64,000 bases of DNA from Octopus vulgaris (taxonomy: Eukaryota): assembly GCA_951406725.2 (NCBI GenBank), contig OX597818.1, forward strand, positions 92,256,001 through 92,320,000, read 5' to 3'. A program made the translations under genes and the position numbers. The stretch's first letter is position 1; each line of letters starts with the position of its first letter. Below, piece after piece: positions 1 through 13,930 of the stretch. The notes beneath the pieces were generated by a model. It saw only the letters and a list, made by a program, of their open reading frames with translations. It was not told the origin of the DNA and ran no database searches.

Positions 1-104
1 ATGAGGAAATCTGAAGGAGAAAAGATTGGCCCACAGGAAGGTAGAAACACCAGCGCATTTGTAAACGGTCTGGAAATATATGCAAATAATATAGATATGG
101 GTGA

Positions 105-410
105 AAGCGCAATGACCCATTGGTTAGGGCAGCGGAACGCGGTCGGAGGATTGCGGTTTCGATTCCCAGACCGAGCGTTGTGTGCGTTTATTGAGCGAAA
201 ACGCCTAAAGCTCCACGAGGATCTGGCAAGGGGTGGTGGCGAACCCTGCTGTACCCTTTCGCTCCAACTTTCTCTAACTCTTTCTTCCTGTTTCTTGAGT
301 AACGCTGCAATGGACTGGCGTCCCGTCCAGCTGGGGGGAACACATACGCCATAGAAACCGGGAAACTGAGCCCATTAACCTGGCTAAGCTTGGAAAGGGC
401 GGAACAATAT
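105..410 (+). mobile_element. tRNA-derived SINE family C; other copies at 800-1083(-), 35558-35780(+) and 51085-51360(-)
   Basis: A box tggttaggg, B box ggtttcgattccc, shared core cgtccagctgggg...gaaaccggga. Confidence 0.8.
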
Positions 411-2300
411 GGATATGAAGGAAAGACTTGACCTAGTTATGATATTTTTAAACAATGTAGGAATGGACTTTGACCAGGATAAATATTATATGTCTGTAAA
501 CAGGTGATATACGAGAACATTTAGTAACGTTTCTCTATGTGGTCTCAGCATTTCTCCGATTTTGAAAGCGAAGTGCCACAAATAGTCGTGGATGCATGAA
601 AATACTCCCTATGATGGGATCTCTAACAAGGATCTTATAACTAGGGAATAGAATACCGACAAGCAAAAATAGAGCCCTTAGAACTTTCCGTTAATAATGA
701 TTTAACAGCTGATAATGCGTTTACTGTACCAGTACCCATACAAAAATTCGAGCTGCTTGACATCAAAATCGTTGTCATCAGTTCTTTTCTTTTGCACCCT
801 TTTCAAGCCTAGCAGGCTCATGGGCCCAATTTCCTGGCGTATGTGTTCCCCCCTGCTGGACATGACGCCAGTCTATCGCAGCGTTACTCAAGAAACAGGA
901 AGAATGAGTGAGAGAAAGTTGGGGCCAAAGACTACAACAGGGTCACCACCACCCCCCTGCCGGAGCCTCGTGGACCTTTAGGTGTTTTCGATCAATAGAC
1001 ACACACAAGGCCCGGTCTGGGAATCGAAACCGTGATCCTCCGACCGCGAGTCCGCTGCCCTAACCACTGGGCTATTGCGCCTCTGTTGTCAACAGTGTCT
1101 CTATGTAAAATGAAAATAGATTCAAACAGCCATTGAATATTGCATTATATTCTTTCGATACCAAATCGCTGAAGCACCAAACGTCGAAATCAAACCATGA
1201 ATTACGTGTACACATAGAAAGCCGATAAAATCATTAAGTAGGGAAGGAGTTTCTCAGACAGTAATCCCTGATCAATTTCCAGTGGCATGTTTCCAGAGAT
1301 ACTATACAACTCTACCGCAACAGATCACCAGAAACGAAGCTGTATACAAACCAGCAAAAGTTCATACATAGCTATATTTCCGAAAATTTCAAAGCGGCAG
1401 CTCCGTTGGTAACCAGTGTAATCTATTCTGGACTAACAACAGGGATATTAGCTCTTACTTTGATGAGTAAGCTTTTGCAATATAGAACTAGGAAATAATA
1501 GCGAATTGCCTGATGACCCAAATGGTAAGGGATTAAGACAAACTATTTAGATACGAGGACCGTAGATTTAATACTAATCATGCCATCTGCATCATAAAAT
1601 CTGTCCGATAATGTCATCACGATGTGATGTCATGGTTAAAATATTATATAACGAAGTCGAAAGAAAGAGCAATTTTCTGGCTTTTAATATAAGAAACTAA
1701 AGTAATGCTAGAATACTGGTAAAATGTTCCTGCCAAAACTTCGAAAACATGGAAGTATAACAGACTAGGCATAATGATCTGGAAACAGGGGTCGGGGTGG
1801 AATTATTCCTTGTAGTTGACTAGAAGATACTAATATTTAAGATGAATGAGAAAGAAAACATCTGTGTCGAACTGATGAAAAATCAATGGTTATTGAATTA
1901 GTGGTAATTCATTGACGACTATAACTTTAGACTGCTACTTATAAATATAGGTACACTTAGCTACATGACTAAACTGACTCAACAGCAGACTTAAGAACCT
2001 TGGTTTCATAAAACCGGGTAAGACACGCCTGATCAAGATAATGCAGCTACAAGCTATCAAGTGTACTGTTAAAAAGGAATAGTATAGAGTAAGACCCGCA
2101 TATAAAATAACATCCATATTTTCATCCATGTAGGCTTGGAGAAATTCCTCAAAGAAATACCGGAGAAACCACAGGTATCTGGATACATCTCGGCAAACAG
2201 AAACTCCCTACTTGAGTAAACAATAATATCCTAAAACATGACTAGACATCTTTAACTTAATAGCACCCCAGGTGGAGCTATTAAGTTGGACATGGCCTGG
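410..2300 (+). pseudogene. Heavily decayed RLE-type (Dong/R4-like) retrotransposon remnant, interrupted by a SINE
   Basis: Patchy RT/RLE-like coding remnants with many stops. Confidence 0.4.
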
Positions 2301-2653
2301 GCCAGCAATAACGAAACTTATCAAAGTTATATGCAGATGTTGCCTTCATGTTAATATGCATTGCTATTTGCCCAAGGCGGTAAAAGCATCTTCCACTTTC
2401 TGGTATGACCTGACCTCGTTAACACGACGAAAACAATACTGCTTATCTTAAAAGCAGGAACTTTTCTAGGACGTTGGATAGCAGGAAGTTGGAATCTCAG
2501 GCCAAACTTTTTGCAGTTTTTATCACGTCATATACAAACCTTTTTCCTGCGATCGATGAAATAACTTCCATACACAATAAAAATTAGCTTAAACACGGAA
2601 CATTTAGTTCCAAGCTCCTTAAATTACTGGGTATACGTTCGGTTGATCATGTT

Positions 2654-2707
<54 letters not shown>

Positions 2708-2782
2708 CTTTTATTTGTTTCAGTCATTTGACCAGCGATGTGTACCAACATTTGATAGTCTGGTCGGTAACGGTATCACGGT

Positions 2783-2846
<64 letters not shown>

Positions 2847-4687
2847 CATGTATATATAAATTTGTGTGATTAAGATTCCTGGTGTGAACTTTTAGCCGCT
2901 GCTCGGTGATGGAATATTGGTTTTCAAAGATGGTACTCCAACATGGCTGCAGTCAAATGACTAAAACAAATAAAAGCATACATTTTTTTTAAAAAACAAT
3001 GAACACGTAAGCAGTCACAAGTTGCCCATATGCGTCACAACTAGTACAGTACGAGGGGAGGCAACTTTTCTTTACTTCTCAGAGAAAGGATTATTTTTAT
3101 TTGATTTATATTGTTTTGCTCTTCACCATCAACTTCGCAAAGATTATCTATTTACATTCAGCATTACAGAGACTGTGTGCTTTCGGTTATCGTGTTAGAT
3201 GAGTAGCTCGTATTGACAAGCATAAAATAATTGTTCGTGCGTAGCATCAACATATCCGATCACAGATACAGAAGAGGAGATAACCACTCCAAAATGCATG
3301 CATCAAAAGTCTGGCCAGAGAAAGTTGCGAAGTGATTCACTGCGTTTACATATTTCCTTCAAAATGCAGTGAGTGGCTTTCTTGCGGGTTCGAATATACC
3401 TCAAGCATATTTGAACTGATAGCAACTTTGCATTTATACAAAATAAAGAGTAACTTTATTCGGAGTTGTATGCCATAACCAACGATACACTGCTCGACAA
3501 AATAAAAATATACCTACCTACCTACATACATACATACATACATACATACATACATACATACATACATACATAAACGCAGGCACATACACACACACATACA
3601 CATACAGATATATATATATATATATATATATATAGGGAGAGTTTTAGAAAAAGACAAAAGACGAAGACAGTTGGTGTACAAAACAAACAGATGTATTAGT
3701 ATAACGCTTAGGAATAGAAAAAGTATTTTACGTTTCGAGCCTACGCTCTTCTACAGAAAGGGACACAGAAAAAACAAGCAGAGAAAAAAATGTGTGTAGT
3801 GGCTAACGATCTATCATGGCGACTGACTTCGGACAGAAGGGTCACACACGAGAGGGAAGAAGTAGGGGAGATAACAAAGTAAAGATGACAAAGTAAAGAT
3901 GACCCCCAACATGAAGGTGCGTGTGTGTATAAGAGAGTATGTATGTGCGTGTGAAAGAGGGCTGGTGGTCTGGATGTGTGCGTGTATGTATGTGTAGGTG
4001 TGAAAATGTGGGGATGAGTGTGTGGGTGGTGTGCTGTGATGTGATGTGTAATGTTGTATGGTGTAGTGTGGTGTGGTGTGATGTTGTTGGGAGGTGGGGG
4101 GAGGCGAGAGTGGAGAAAGCACGGGTGGGATGTGGGTTTGGCTGAGGGTTGGGGTTTGTGGGTGTCAAAGACGACGTGTGGGCGTTCAGCTTTAGCCGAA
4201 CGAACTGCATGAATGAGTTCGTTTTTAGTGATCAAATATCAAATGTATGTGCTGTGCATTAGCGAACTCCCTACATCAAATCGACGTTGCCTGAGAAAGT
4301 TCGCGATGTACTACACTTCAGGTGTCGAGGTGATCGCAGAACAATGTGAGATGAAGTGTTTTGCTCAAGAACACAATGCACTACCTGAATTGAAAACACG
4401 ATCTCGCAATCGTGACTGCAACTCCCTAACCACTAGGCCATACTCTCACACACACACGTACACACGCATGCACGCATACTCTTTACTCTCTCTTTTACTC
4501 TTTTACTTGTTTCAGTAATTTGACTGCGGCCATGCTGGAGCACCGCCTTTAATCGAGCAACTCGACCCCGGGACTTATTCTTTTGTAAGCTCAGTACTTA
4601 TTCTATCATTCTCTTTTGACATAAACACACCAGCATTGGTTGTCAAGCAATGCTAGGGGGACAAACACAGATACGCAAACACACACA

Positions 4688-4727
<40 letters not shown>

Positions 4728-5378
4728 TACGACGGGCTTCTTTCAGTTTCCGCCTACCAAATCCACTCACAAGGCTTTGGTCGGCCCGAGGCTATAGTAG
4801 AAGACACTTGCCCAAGGTGCCACGCAGTGGGACTGAACCCCGAACCATGTGGTTGGTAAACAAGCTACTTACCACACAGCTACTCATAATTAAAAAAAAA
4901 AACCTTTTAAATCTGTATAGCATTTATGTTGGTCATAAATTTTGGCACAAGTCAAGCAAGATCGGGGGATAGGGGTAAATCGATTATATTAACACCAGTG
5001 GTTAAATGGCACTTATTCTGTCGACCCCCAAAGAGATAAAAGGTAAAGTCGACCTCGACGGAATTTGAACTCTGGACGTTAAGACGCACGAAATGCTATG
5101 TATTTTGCCCGACATGCTAACGACTCTGCCAGCTCGCCACTTTGCATTGTATGTATATTTTTTCTACTCTAAGCACAAGGCCCAAAATTTTGGGAGCGGG
5201 CCAGTTGATTAAATTGATCCCAGTATGCAACTGGTAGTTAATTTATCGAACCCGAAAGGATAAAAGGCAAAGTGGACCTCGGCGGAACTTGAACTCAGAA
5301 CGTAAAGAGAGATGAAATGCTGCTAAACAGTTTGCCCGGCGTACTAACGACTCTGCCAGCTCGCCATCTTGTATAGTA

Positions 5379-5916
5379 TTGGGTTGTCCGGAAAGTTCTT
5401 GCCGATTTTTAAAGGAAAGTAAAAGGTCAATAAATACTTGCCATTACATTTTTAATCAGCATAATATGGACCATTTTGTTGCACAATGCGTCTCCATCTT
5501 TACTTTAACTTGAAAATACCCTCTTCACAGAATTGAGATGGTTTCATGGCAAAGAATTCATCAAGGTATCTTTTAACGTCATCCAAGGAATTGAAATTGA
5601 AATTCAGAGACCTAAGTAAGTGGAGCAATATCTGGTGAATATGGAGGGTGGGGTTACACATCCCAGCCGAGCTGCAGCAATTTTTGTCTGGTTCCCAAAG
5701 CATCAAGTGCCGAAAACGAACTTTCTTATCTTCCATTTTAAAGGGTTACAAAATTAACACAGGTTATAGGAACATAAACATTCTTCCACGAAAAGATAGC
5801 TTAAACTGTGCTCTAAATGGAGGTGTAATCAAATCCTATTTTATGGAGTCAACCATGTTCTAAAATTAGTCGAAAGGTAAGCTACTATAAATCGGCACGA
5901 ACTTTCTGGACTACTT
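5379..5916 (-). mobile_element. Internally deleted mariner element
   Basis: TA then TIR ttgggttgtccggaaagtt; degenerate right TIR; transposase C-terminus DDVKRYLDEFFAMKP on minus strand. Confidence 0.85.
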
Positions 5917-7990
5917 ATATTGCGTACAGAAACATAGAACGCCGCTTGCTGTAATATTATTTTTGGTCACTATCAACAGGAAGTATCATTAGTATCGCCC
6001 CTGCGACGAATAAAGGAATATTTATTTATTTATAATATTCTACACTCCAGACCGGATATTTAGGGGTCAAAGGGGCAATTGCCCCAGGTATTCGTTAGAT
6101 ATAGGGCCTCCCTGATATGAAGGGTAAGTAGTACTCAATACAGGTGAAGGACACTTCTCAGCAATCTTTTTTCCATAGGCTCTCTTTCAATAAACAAACA
6201 TATCTTTAAAAAATGAAATAAATCCTCTCTTTTAGTAAATAACAATAGTTTTAGCTCCACCAGTGACATCGGTTCATTTAATTAAAAAACACCCGGTCCC
6301 AAAGCAGCTTGAGAAAAGAAATGTATATATGAACGTATCTGTGAGTGAATGTATGTGAGTGTGTGTGCGTGTGTATGTGTGTGTGTGTGTGTATGAGTGT
6401 GTGTGAGAGAGTGTGTGTGTGTGCGTTTGTGTGTGAGAGAGAGAGAGTGTGAATGTATATAAAGATAAATATATTGATAGAAGGGAGTTATCTATTGCTT
6501 CTAACGCATGACTGAGCAGTGACCTTAGATTGACCAATGGCGATTAAAGCCACACACATACACACACACACGCACAAACACACACACATATTGCCATTTG
6601 TAAACTTCATTATTTCAATGAAGCTCTGAAAACTGGACTTATTTTACGAAAGAGCAAGTGAGTAATGAATATGATCCAAAATTTTAATTTAGAATTTAGT
6701 TTTTATTATAAAACTACATCTCTCAACAACTCAAAGCTTCTTTTTTTTTTCAGCTTTAGAATTATTACCTTTATGCTCACATGTTTTTCTTTAAACGGAA
6801 CCTTTTTCTTGCTTGCTTTTTCCCACTATTTTTCGTCATTTTATCAAATAGTTGGGCAAAATTGCTAACTGGGGCAAAATGAGTAATTACCAATTTCTCA
6901 TTATTTTCTCACTATTTGTTTGAAATTATTACATTGCGAGTATTGCATCACCATTTTGTATTCTTGCATCATCTTTGGGAGTAAATACTAGCCCCTATTG
7001 TTGTTGTTGCAGTTGAGGCAGGTACTTTATTTTCAAGAAATTTTTTTCCTCAAGTTTGACCCAGATGTAATTGAGGTTGCTAATAAAATATCTAGATAAT
7101 TTTTGGTGTTTAACAATCCAAGTTCTTTTCTCTGTTGGATTCCAAGTCAATTTTCCCTACACTAATGTCTTATATGATAATTTTCAAATTTCAACGGCTG
7201 ATTTCCTAACTGGAGCAAAATGAGTAATACCTAATTTCAATAATTTCTTCTTTTTAACTGCATAAATTTATCAGGAAGACGGCCAGGTGGAATTCTGCTG
7301 TAAGTACCCCATATAATCCCTCATAACATATTTTTATTGCTACTATTTAAGAAGAGTGGTCCCGGTGCGCGCACTCGTGTACTCGCACATCCGCGCTAGC
7401 TAGTCGTGACTAGTCGATCCCACTACCTAGCAAAGTAAATAAAACACAAAAACACAAAATAAATAATTTTTTTACAGAAAGTAAATAATTTTTTTAAAAC
7501 AAAGTAAATAAAACACAAAGTAAATAATTTTTTTAAACAAAGTAAATAAAACACAAAAACACACGCGGATGCGTGAGTACTCTTCTTAAATACTACCGTT
7601 TTTATTTTTGGAATTTTCACAAAATTTTCGTTGATTTGTATTCTACACATGGAAATTCATACGACTATGAAAAAAACAAATTAAAATTTTTGTGTATGTG
7701 ATTTAAGGTCTATTTAGCTGTTACTTTTAGCACATCTCACGACAACCTGATACGCCCCTTGTTTCTTTGTCACTCTGATGTATTCATCCTCTTCGTATCT
7801 TTCTCCTCATAAACACGCTTAATGGCCTATTGCTGGAATTTAAGTAAAACAAAAACATTCGAAAAATTAAAAACAAAATTTTATTCATAGTTATATGAAT
7901 TTTCGTGTGTAGAACACAAATTCGCAAAAGTGTTTTGAAAATTCCAAAAAATTTTTTAAAGCCTTGAGGGGTTAAATAGGTTGCTTAAAC

Positions 7991-9103
7991 CAGGCCCTTT
8001 CGGAACATTCACGATGTGAATTTTCCGAGTCCTCTCCCCATCACCACCCCTTTCGCGAGCGCGCAATGTTTTCGTCATATTCGTTTAGAGCAAGTTGTTT
8101 TACACCTATTACACAATTTTCTTTTTTTTTTTTTTTGTTCCCAGGTCAGACCCTTAGGCCCTTTCGGAACATTCACGATGGGAATTTTCCGAGTCCTCTC
8201 CCCATCACCACTCCTTTCGCGAGCGCGCAATGTTTTTGTCATATTCGTTTAGAGCAAGTTGTTTTACACCTATTACACAATTTTCTTTTTTTTTTTTTTT
8301 GTTCCCAGGTCAGACCCTCAGGCCCTTTCGGAACATTCACGATGGGAATTTTCCGAGTCCTCTCCCCATCACCACCCCTTTCGCGAGCGCGCAATGTTTT
8401 TTGTCATATTCGTTTAGAGCAAGTTGTTTTACACCTATTACACAATTTTCTTTTTTTTTGTTCCCAGGTCAGACCCTCAGGCCCTTTCGGAACATTCACG
8501 ATGGGAATTTTCCGAGTCCTCTCCCCATCACCACCCCTTTCGCGCGCGCGCAATGTTTTTGTCATATTCGTTTAGAGCAAGTTGTTTTACACCTATTACA
8601 CAATTTTCTTTTTTTTTTTTGTTCCCAGGTCAGACCCTCAGGCCCTTTCGGAACATTCACGATGGGAATTTTCCGAGTCCTCTCCCCATCACCACCCCTT
8701 TCGCGAGCGCGCAATGTTTTTTGTCATATTCGTTTAGAGCAAGTTGTTTTACACCTATTACACAATTTTCTTTTTTTTTTTTGTTCCCAGGTCAGACCCT
8801 CAGGCCCTTTCGGAACATTCACGATGGGAATTTTCCGAGTCCTCTCCCCATCACCACCCCTTTCGCGAGCGCGCAATGTTTTTTGTCATATTCGTTTAGA
8901 GCAAGTTGTTTTACACCTATTACACAATTTTCTTTTTTTTTTTTTGTTCCCAGGTCAGACCCTCAGGCCCTTTCGGAACATTCACGATGGGAATTTTCCG
9001 AGTCCTCTCCCCATCACCACCCCTTTCGCGAGCGCGCAATGTTTTTGTCATATTCGTTTAGAGCAAGTTGTTTTACACCTATTACACTATTTTTTTTTTT
9101 TTT
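7991..9103. repeat. ~162-bp satellite, about 7 near-identical copies
   Basis: Unit starts at 7991, 8155, 8319, 8478, 8639, 8801 and 8964; differences are mainly poly-T length. Confidence 0.95.
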
Positions 9104-9230
9104 ATGACCGTTTAGTTTGGCCGGTTATTCTTTATTAAACATATCTAGTCCGGTAACGTTTTGATACTACGAGATAAATGTACAGCATTTCTTGAAACTA
9201 AACGACGCCTATTTATAATTCAAGAGTCGA

Positions 9231-9287
9231 GACAGAGTATTTTCCCTTTGAGAGCAATCACTGCTCTCAAAGGGAAAATACTCTGTC
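9231..9287. repeat. Perfect 26-bp hairpin with a 5-nt loop
   Basis: gacagagtattttccctttgagagca-atcac-tgctctcaaagggaaaatactctgtc. Confidence 0.9.
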
Positions 9288-9404
9288 CTTTGGAACTACT
9301 AACGCGTTTTTTTTAATGCGACGTATAACTAAATTTTTAATATTTCTCTGTACACACGCAAATAGACACACATAGAGACAAACACGCACACAAACATTCC
9401 CATA

Positions 9405-9456
<52 letters not shown>

Positions 9457-9504
9457 CGTGCGTGTACAAGAATTCGTATGAATGCACTCATAATAATAAT
9501 AATA

Positions 9505-9871
9505 ATAATTGATGTATCAATACCGGCAGATGACAACGTGTCTCTAAAAGAAATGGAGAAACTCTCAAAATACAAAGACCTGGAAATAGAGGTAACTAGA
9601 ATGTGGAATCTGAAAACAGAAACAATTCCTATCATAGTAGGTGCATTAGGCATGATAAAAAAATATTCAGACAAATACATAACAAAAACACCAGGACTTA
9701 CAAACACATATAACATACAGAAAATTGCACTACTAGGCACTGTACACATCCTACGCAGAACACTTTCCATACAATAACCATCAGAGCATCACAACAAATC
9801 ACAGCACATACCCAAGGCACACAGAGCTGCGCTAGGTAGTGAAGTGAAAGCACACTATAAAAATAAAACTA

Positions 9872-9935
<64 letters not shown>
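9505..9935 (+). mobile_element. Dong/R4-clade non-LTR 3' end (restriction-like endonuclease) in (TAA)n
   Basis: IDVSIPADDN...EKLSKYKDL...IPIIVGALG...QKIALLGT then stop, 3' UTR and (TAA)n tail. Confidence 0.88.
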
Positions 9936-9936
<1 letters not shown>

Positions 9937-10228
9937 AATTATTGTATACAGTGCTCAGGTGCACCACAACTTGTCAAAAGTGCATATAAAGCATATGCAG
10001 TAATGTACAAATGTCTGGAAAGCGAACAGTGAATGAGTCAGATACATGCTTGCGTGTGTATGGAGGGGGGAAAATCATGTGTAGTGATGGCGAATCTCAG
10101 GAAGCATGGAAGTTTTGAAGGATGCAGTGCTCCGACAACTAACAACTGATGCTGGCAGTTTGTTCCATGCTTCAGCAACTCTTAGCGTGAAAAAATGTTT
10201 CCGAAAGTCATGGGAGCTGTGCTGTATA
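9935..10228 (-). mobile_element. CR1-type LINE 3' end fragment
   Basis: Minus strand reads FRKHFFTLRVAEAWNKLPASVV...SFK, typical of a CR1 ORF2 C-terminus. Confidence 0.75.
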
Positions 10229-10825
10229 TGAATGTATGTGGCTAATCGGAGTCGTGTTGATTCACTGTTTTTTTCTCTTCGCCTACGTAAAAAAGGGTGT
10301 TACTGTTGTGGAGATTCTTATAGTAGTAGAAAAGGAATTTTTAGCTCCTATTTCTAAATTCGGTATGTGGTGAAGCAATTAGCTGACCCCTAATTATAAT
10401 TATTCTTTCATTCTTTTATTTGTTTCAGCCATTTGATTGCGGCCATGCTGGAGCACCGCCTTTAGTCGAGCAAATTGACCCAAGACTTATTCTTTGTAAG
10501 CCTAGTACTTATTCTATCCGTCTCTCTTGCCGAACCGCTAGATGATGGGGACGTAAACACACCAGCATCAGTTGTCAAGCGATGTTGGGGAGACAAACAC
10601 AGGCATAAAAACATAGATATATATATTCCTCCCCACCACTACAAACTCAATACCACTATAAAATGGTCAAAACTTTTCACACAGGAACTTAGTTTGATTT
10701 GAAAACCCCACTAGAATGGGAGAAAGCGCTAATACATGATCTAAGTTATATGATGTATAAAAAATGTAATATACAAATAAATATATGTAAATATAAACCA
10801 TCCGATTTTCTGAGTACCTCATTTC

Positions 10826-10864
<39 letters not shown>

Positions 10865-11952
10865 GACGGGCTACTTTCAGTTTCCGTCTACCAAATTCAC
10901 TTACAAGGCTTTGGTCGGCCCGAGGCTATTGTAGAAGACACTTGCCCAAGGTGCCACGCAGTGGGACTGAACCCGGAACCATGTGGTTGGTAAGCAAGTT
11001 ACTTACTATACAGCCACTCCTTCGCCTATAACAACTTACCTCACAGCCACTCCTGCGCCTATAACAACTTACCACACATCCACTCCTGCGCCTGTTTATA
11101 ATTTTAGAATGTATGTATGTATGTATGTATGTATGTATGTATGTATGTATGTATGTATGTATGTATGTATGTACGTATGTATGTATGTATGTACGTATGT
11201 GTGTATGTATGTATGTATGTATGTATGTATGTATGCATGCATGATCTCTCCGTTTTTAATTTGGAGTAAATTTTGTCCGGCAACATACTTGGTAGCAAGG
11301 TTATTCTTGAATCGCATGTTGTTCATCGTCCTTTAAATCTCAAAAATGTCTTGCAGATTTTTATTGGCCAATATATCGTAACTATATGCAGTGTACAAAT
11401 TAAGTATTTGTATTCTCTTCCCCAATAACCCATGTTTAGCCATATTTTGCACTAGGCGGTTTAATATATATCTTGTTCCTCCAATAATGACAGGTATGAA
11501 ACTGAAAGTTTATCTTGAGAACTGTATTTGGAAACCCCTTATCAACAGTTCATAGGTGTCCTCTTTTCCTCTTCTCCGAGATTAGGAGCCCTAAAGCCTA
11601 AGCTTCATTAGTTTTATGGTAGATCCACCACTGATCAAGACATGCAATTCGAAACTTGGTGGTTAAAAGATGTTGCCGAAAGGATATGATACGACATTCA
11701 AAGACAGTTTTAGGTAGTGGGTGTCTACGTTGCTGTTGATGTGGAAATTAGGTGCGCTGGCTAGTATCTCAGGGTTGCAATTATCTTCGTCAGTTTCCGT
11801 GAAAAATGTTTATTCGATAAGAAAACAGGATTTGAAAGCACGTATTGTCATGTGAACAGTTAACACTCCTCTCGAAGTGGAAGAGGCAAGCGGGTGTGTA
11901 CGTGCTTGCTCTGTTTGCCGGGTCGAAGCGGAAGTGGAACCTAATCGGTGTA

Positions 11953-12064
<112 letters not shown>

Positions 12065-12737
12065 GTGCGAACGTGTTCTGTTTCATGTATTTATGTGTGT
12101 GGAATGTAGATAACAAAAACAATGTCGCATTTTAAACTTGAGAAAAACCTTGTACATTTGTTCTTACTTCCTTCACTTGTGAATGTAAAATCGGATAATT
12201 TTCAAGAAGAAAACGAGATCAACATCGAAATAATTGCTCCTGATGCGACCGCAACTTGCTTCATCACAACAGACTGTTTATAGTCCATTTCGGCCCAGTA
12301 ATAGAACAAATTTACGAGCCAAGATTCTTGCTTAGCTCACCAGAGCTTTTCTTAGCATCAAGTGGTTTGCCAAATTACTTGCAGGTATTGATCAGTTTCA
12401 ACTGTCCAATGATGGGTTTGCAAAACTTTGCTCCCAACGCGGGAAAAAAAACCCATCTCTGCATGCAGAGCCACCCTATAGTTATATAAGCACCAGTTTT
12501 CAGCATCGCTTTGTCATTCTTTCTAAATTGTAGGATCCGCTCGTACACGCTTACATCAGACCTTGGACATTAAATTTCAGAATGGATGGACGATATCGAA
12601 TTGTTGAATTGACCATTGCTATTAATCATTTGACTCAAAGAAATTACTTCCTGAGTGACATTCAACGAATAACATAACTTCGACAATTCAATTCCTGGGA
12701 TCTATGGGATTCATCCACAATTCTTTCGCGAATTATA

Positions 12738-12923
12738 ATAGGCGCAGGAGTGGGTGTGTGGTAAGTAGCTTGCTTACCAGCCACATGGTTCCGGGTTCAG
12801 TCCCACTGCGTGGTACCTTGGGCAAGTGTCTTCTACTATAGCCTCGGGCCGACCAAAGCCTTGTGAGTGGATTTGGTAGACGGAAACTGAAAGAAGCCTG
12901 TCGTATGTATGTATATGTATATG

Positions 12924-13008
<85 letters not shown>

Positions 13009-13216
13009 TTGTGCGTCTGTATTTGTCCCCCCAACATCGCTTGACAACCGATCCTGGTGTGTTTGCGTCCCTGTGACTTAGCGGTTCGGCAAGAGACCGA
13101 TAGAATAAGTACTAGGCTTTAAAAAGAATTAGTCCTGGGGTCGATTTGCTCGACTAAAGGCGGTACTCCAGCATGGCCACAGTCAAATGACTGAAACAAG
13201 TAAAAGAGTAAAAGAG
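12738..13216 (+). mobile_element. tRNA-derived SINE family A; other copies at 4478-4887(-), 10403-11095(-), 14203-14610(+), 23560-23890(+, partial), 33156-33562(+), 40625-41030(+), 44465-44810(+) and 44861-45281(+)
   Basis: A box tggctgtgtggtaag, B box ggttcagtccc, central (TA)/(TG) tract, (gtaaaaga)n tail; many dispersed copies. Confidence 0.9.
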
Positions 13217-13299
13217 CCTATTTTCCTTACACCTCGGAAGAAAGTATCTGAAGGAAGACTGTGGAGATGTTCCATTTGCAAGTGATATCGGAGCTTAAT

Positions 13300-13930
13300 G
13301 CAAGATACCTATTTCTCAGGTGCCCGACTACCTTTGATGTGGCCTGTAAATTTGATCTTTTACTGGGCCAAAATGGACTGTAAACGGTCTGTTGTGATAA
13401 ACAAGCGGGGATCGCGTCAGAAGCAATTATTAACTGGCATAATTACTTCCGCAACATTTATGCCATGTGGTGCATCGACAATCCTGTCCAACTTCGCGGA
13501 CAAGATGTTGTGGAAATTGATGAATCCAAGTTCATGCACAGAAAGTACCATCGCGGTCGTTACCGGGAAGGCCACTCGTTACTTCGAATAGTAGAACGCA
13601 GCACACTAAGGTGTATTTTAGTCCTTGCCCCGGATAGAAGCGCCACCACATAATTACCAGTAATTAATAAACGTGTGCTGACAGGAACTAGAATCGTAAA
13701 AGACTACTGGCAGGCATATAATGCTCTCCCAAATCATTCCAGTAGTGAACTACAGTGTGAATTTTGTCAACCGCAATGGCCCCACAATCCACAAGAATAC
13801 AGTGGAGGGGATGTGGAGACATGTTAAGAGGAAATGTCGTAACATGTATGGCGCCTCAGATGCTCTATTTTCTACTTATCTATTAGAATATTGACGCCGA
13901 CAATACAACACAAATAATACTTTCATGAAT
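13300..13930 (+). pseudogene. Merlin/ISXO2-like DDE transposase pseudogene
   Basis: VVEIDESKFMHRKYHRGR, IVER, PDRSATT, DYWQAY, NTVEGMWRHVKRK; stops and frameshifts present. Confidence 0.85.

Noticed and set aside
8016-9138. ORFs up to 302 aa in the 162-bp satellite
   Set aside because: Frames switch with poly-T length; translation of non-coding repeat
12741-12812. tRNA genes at SINE heads
   Set aside because: A and B boxes are present, but they are fused to SINE bodies and tails with no clear cloverleaf
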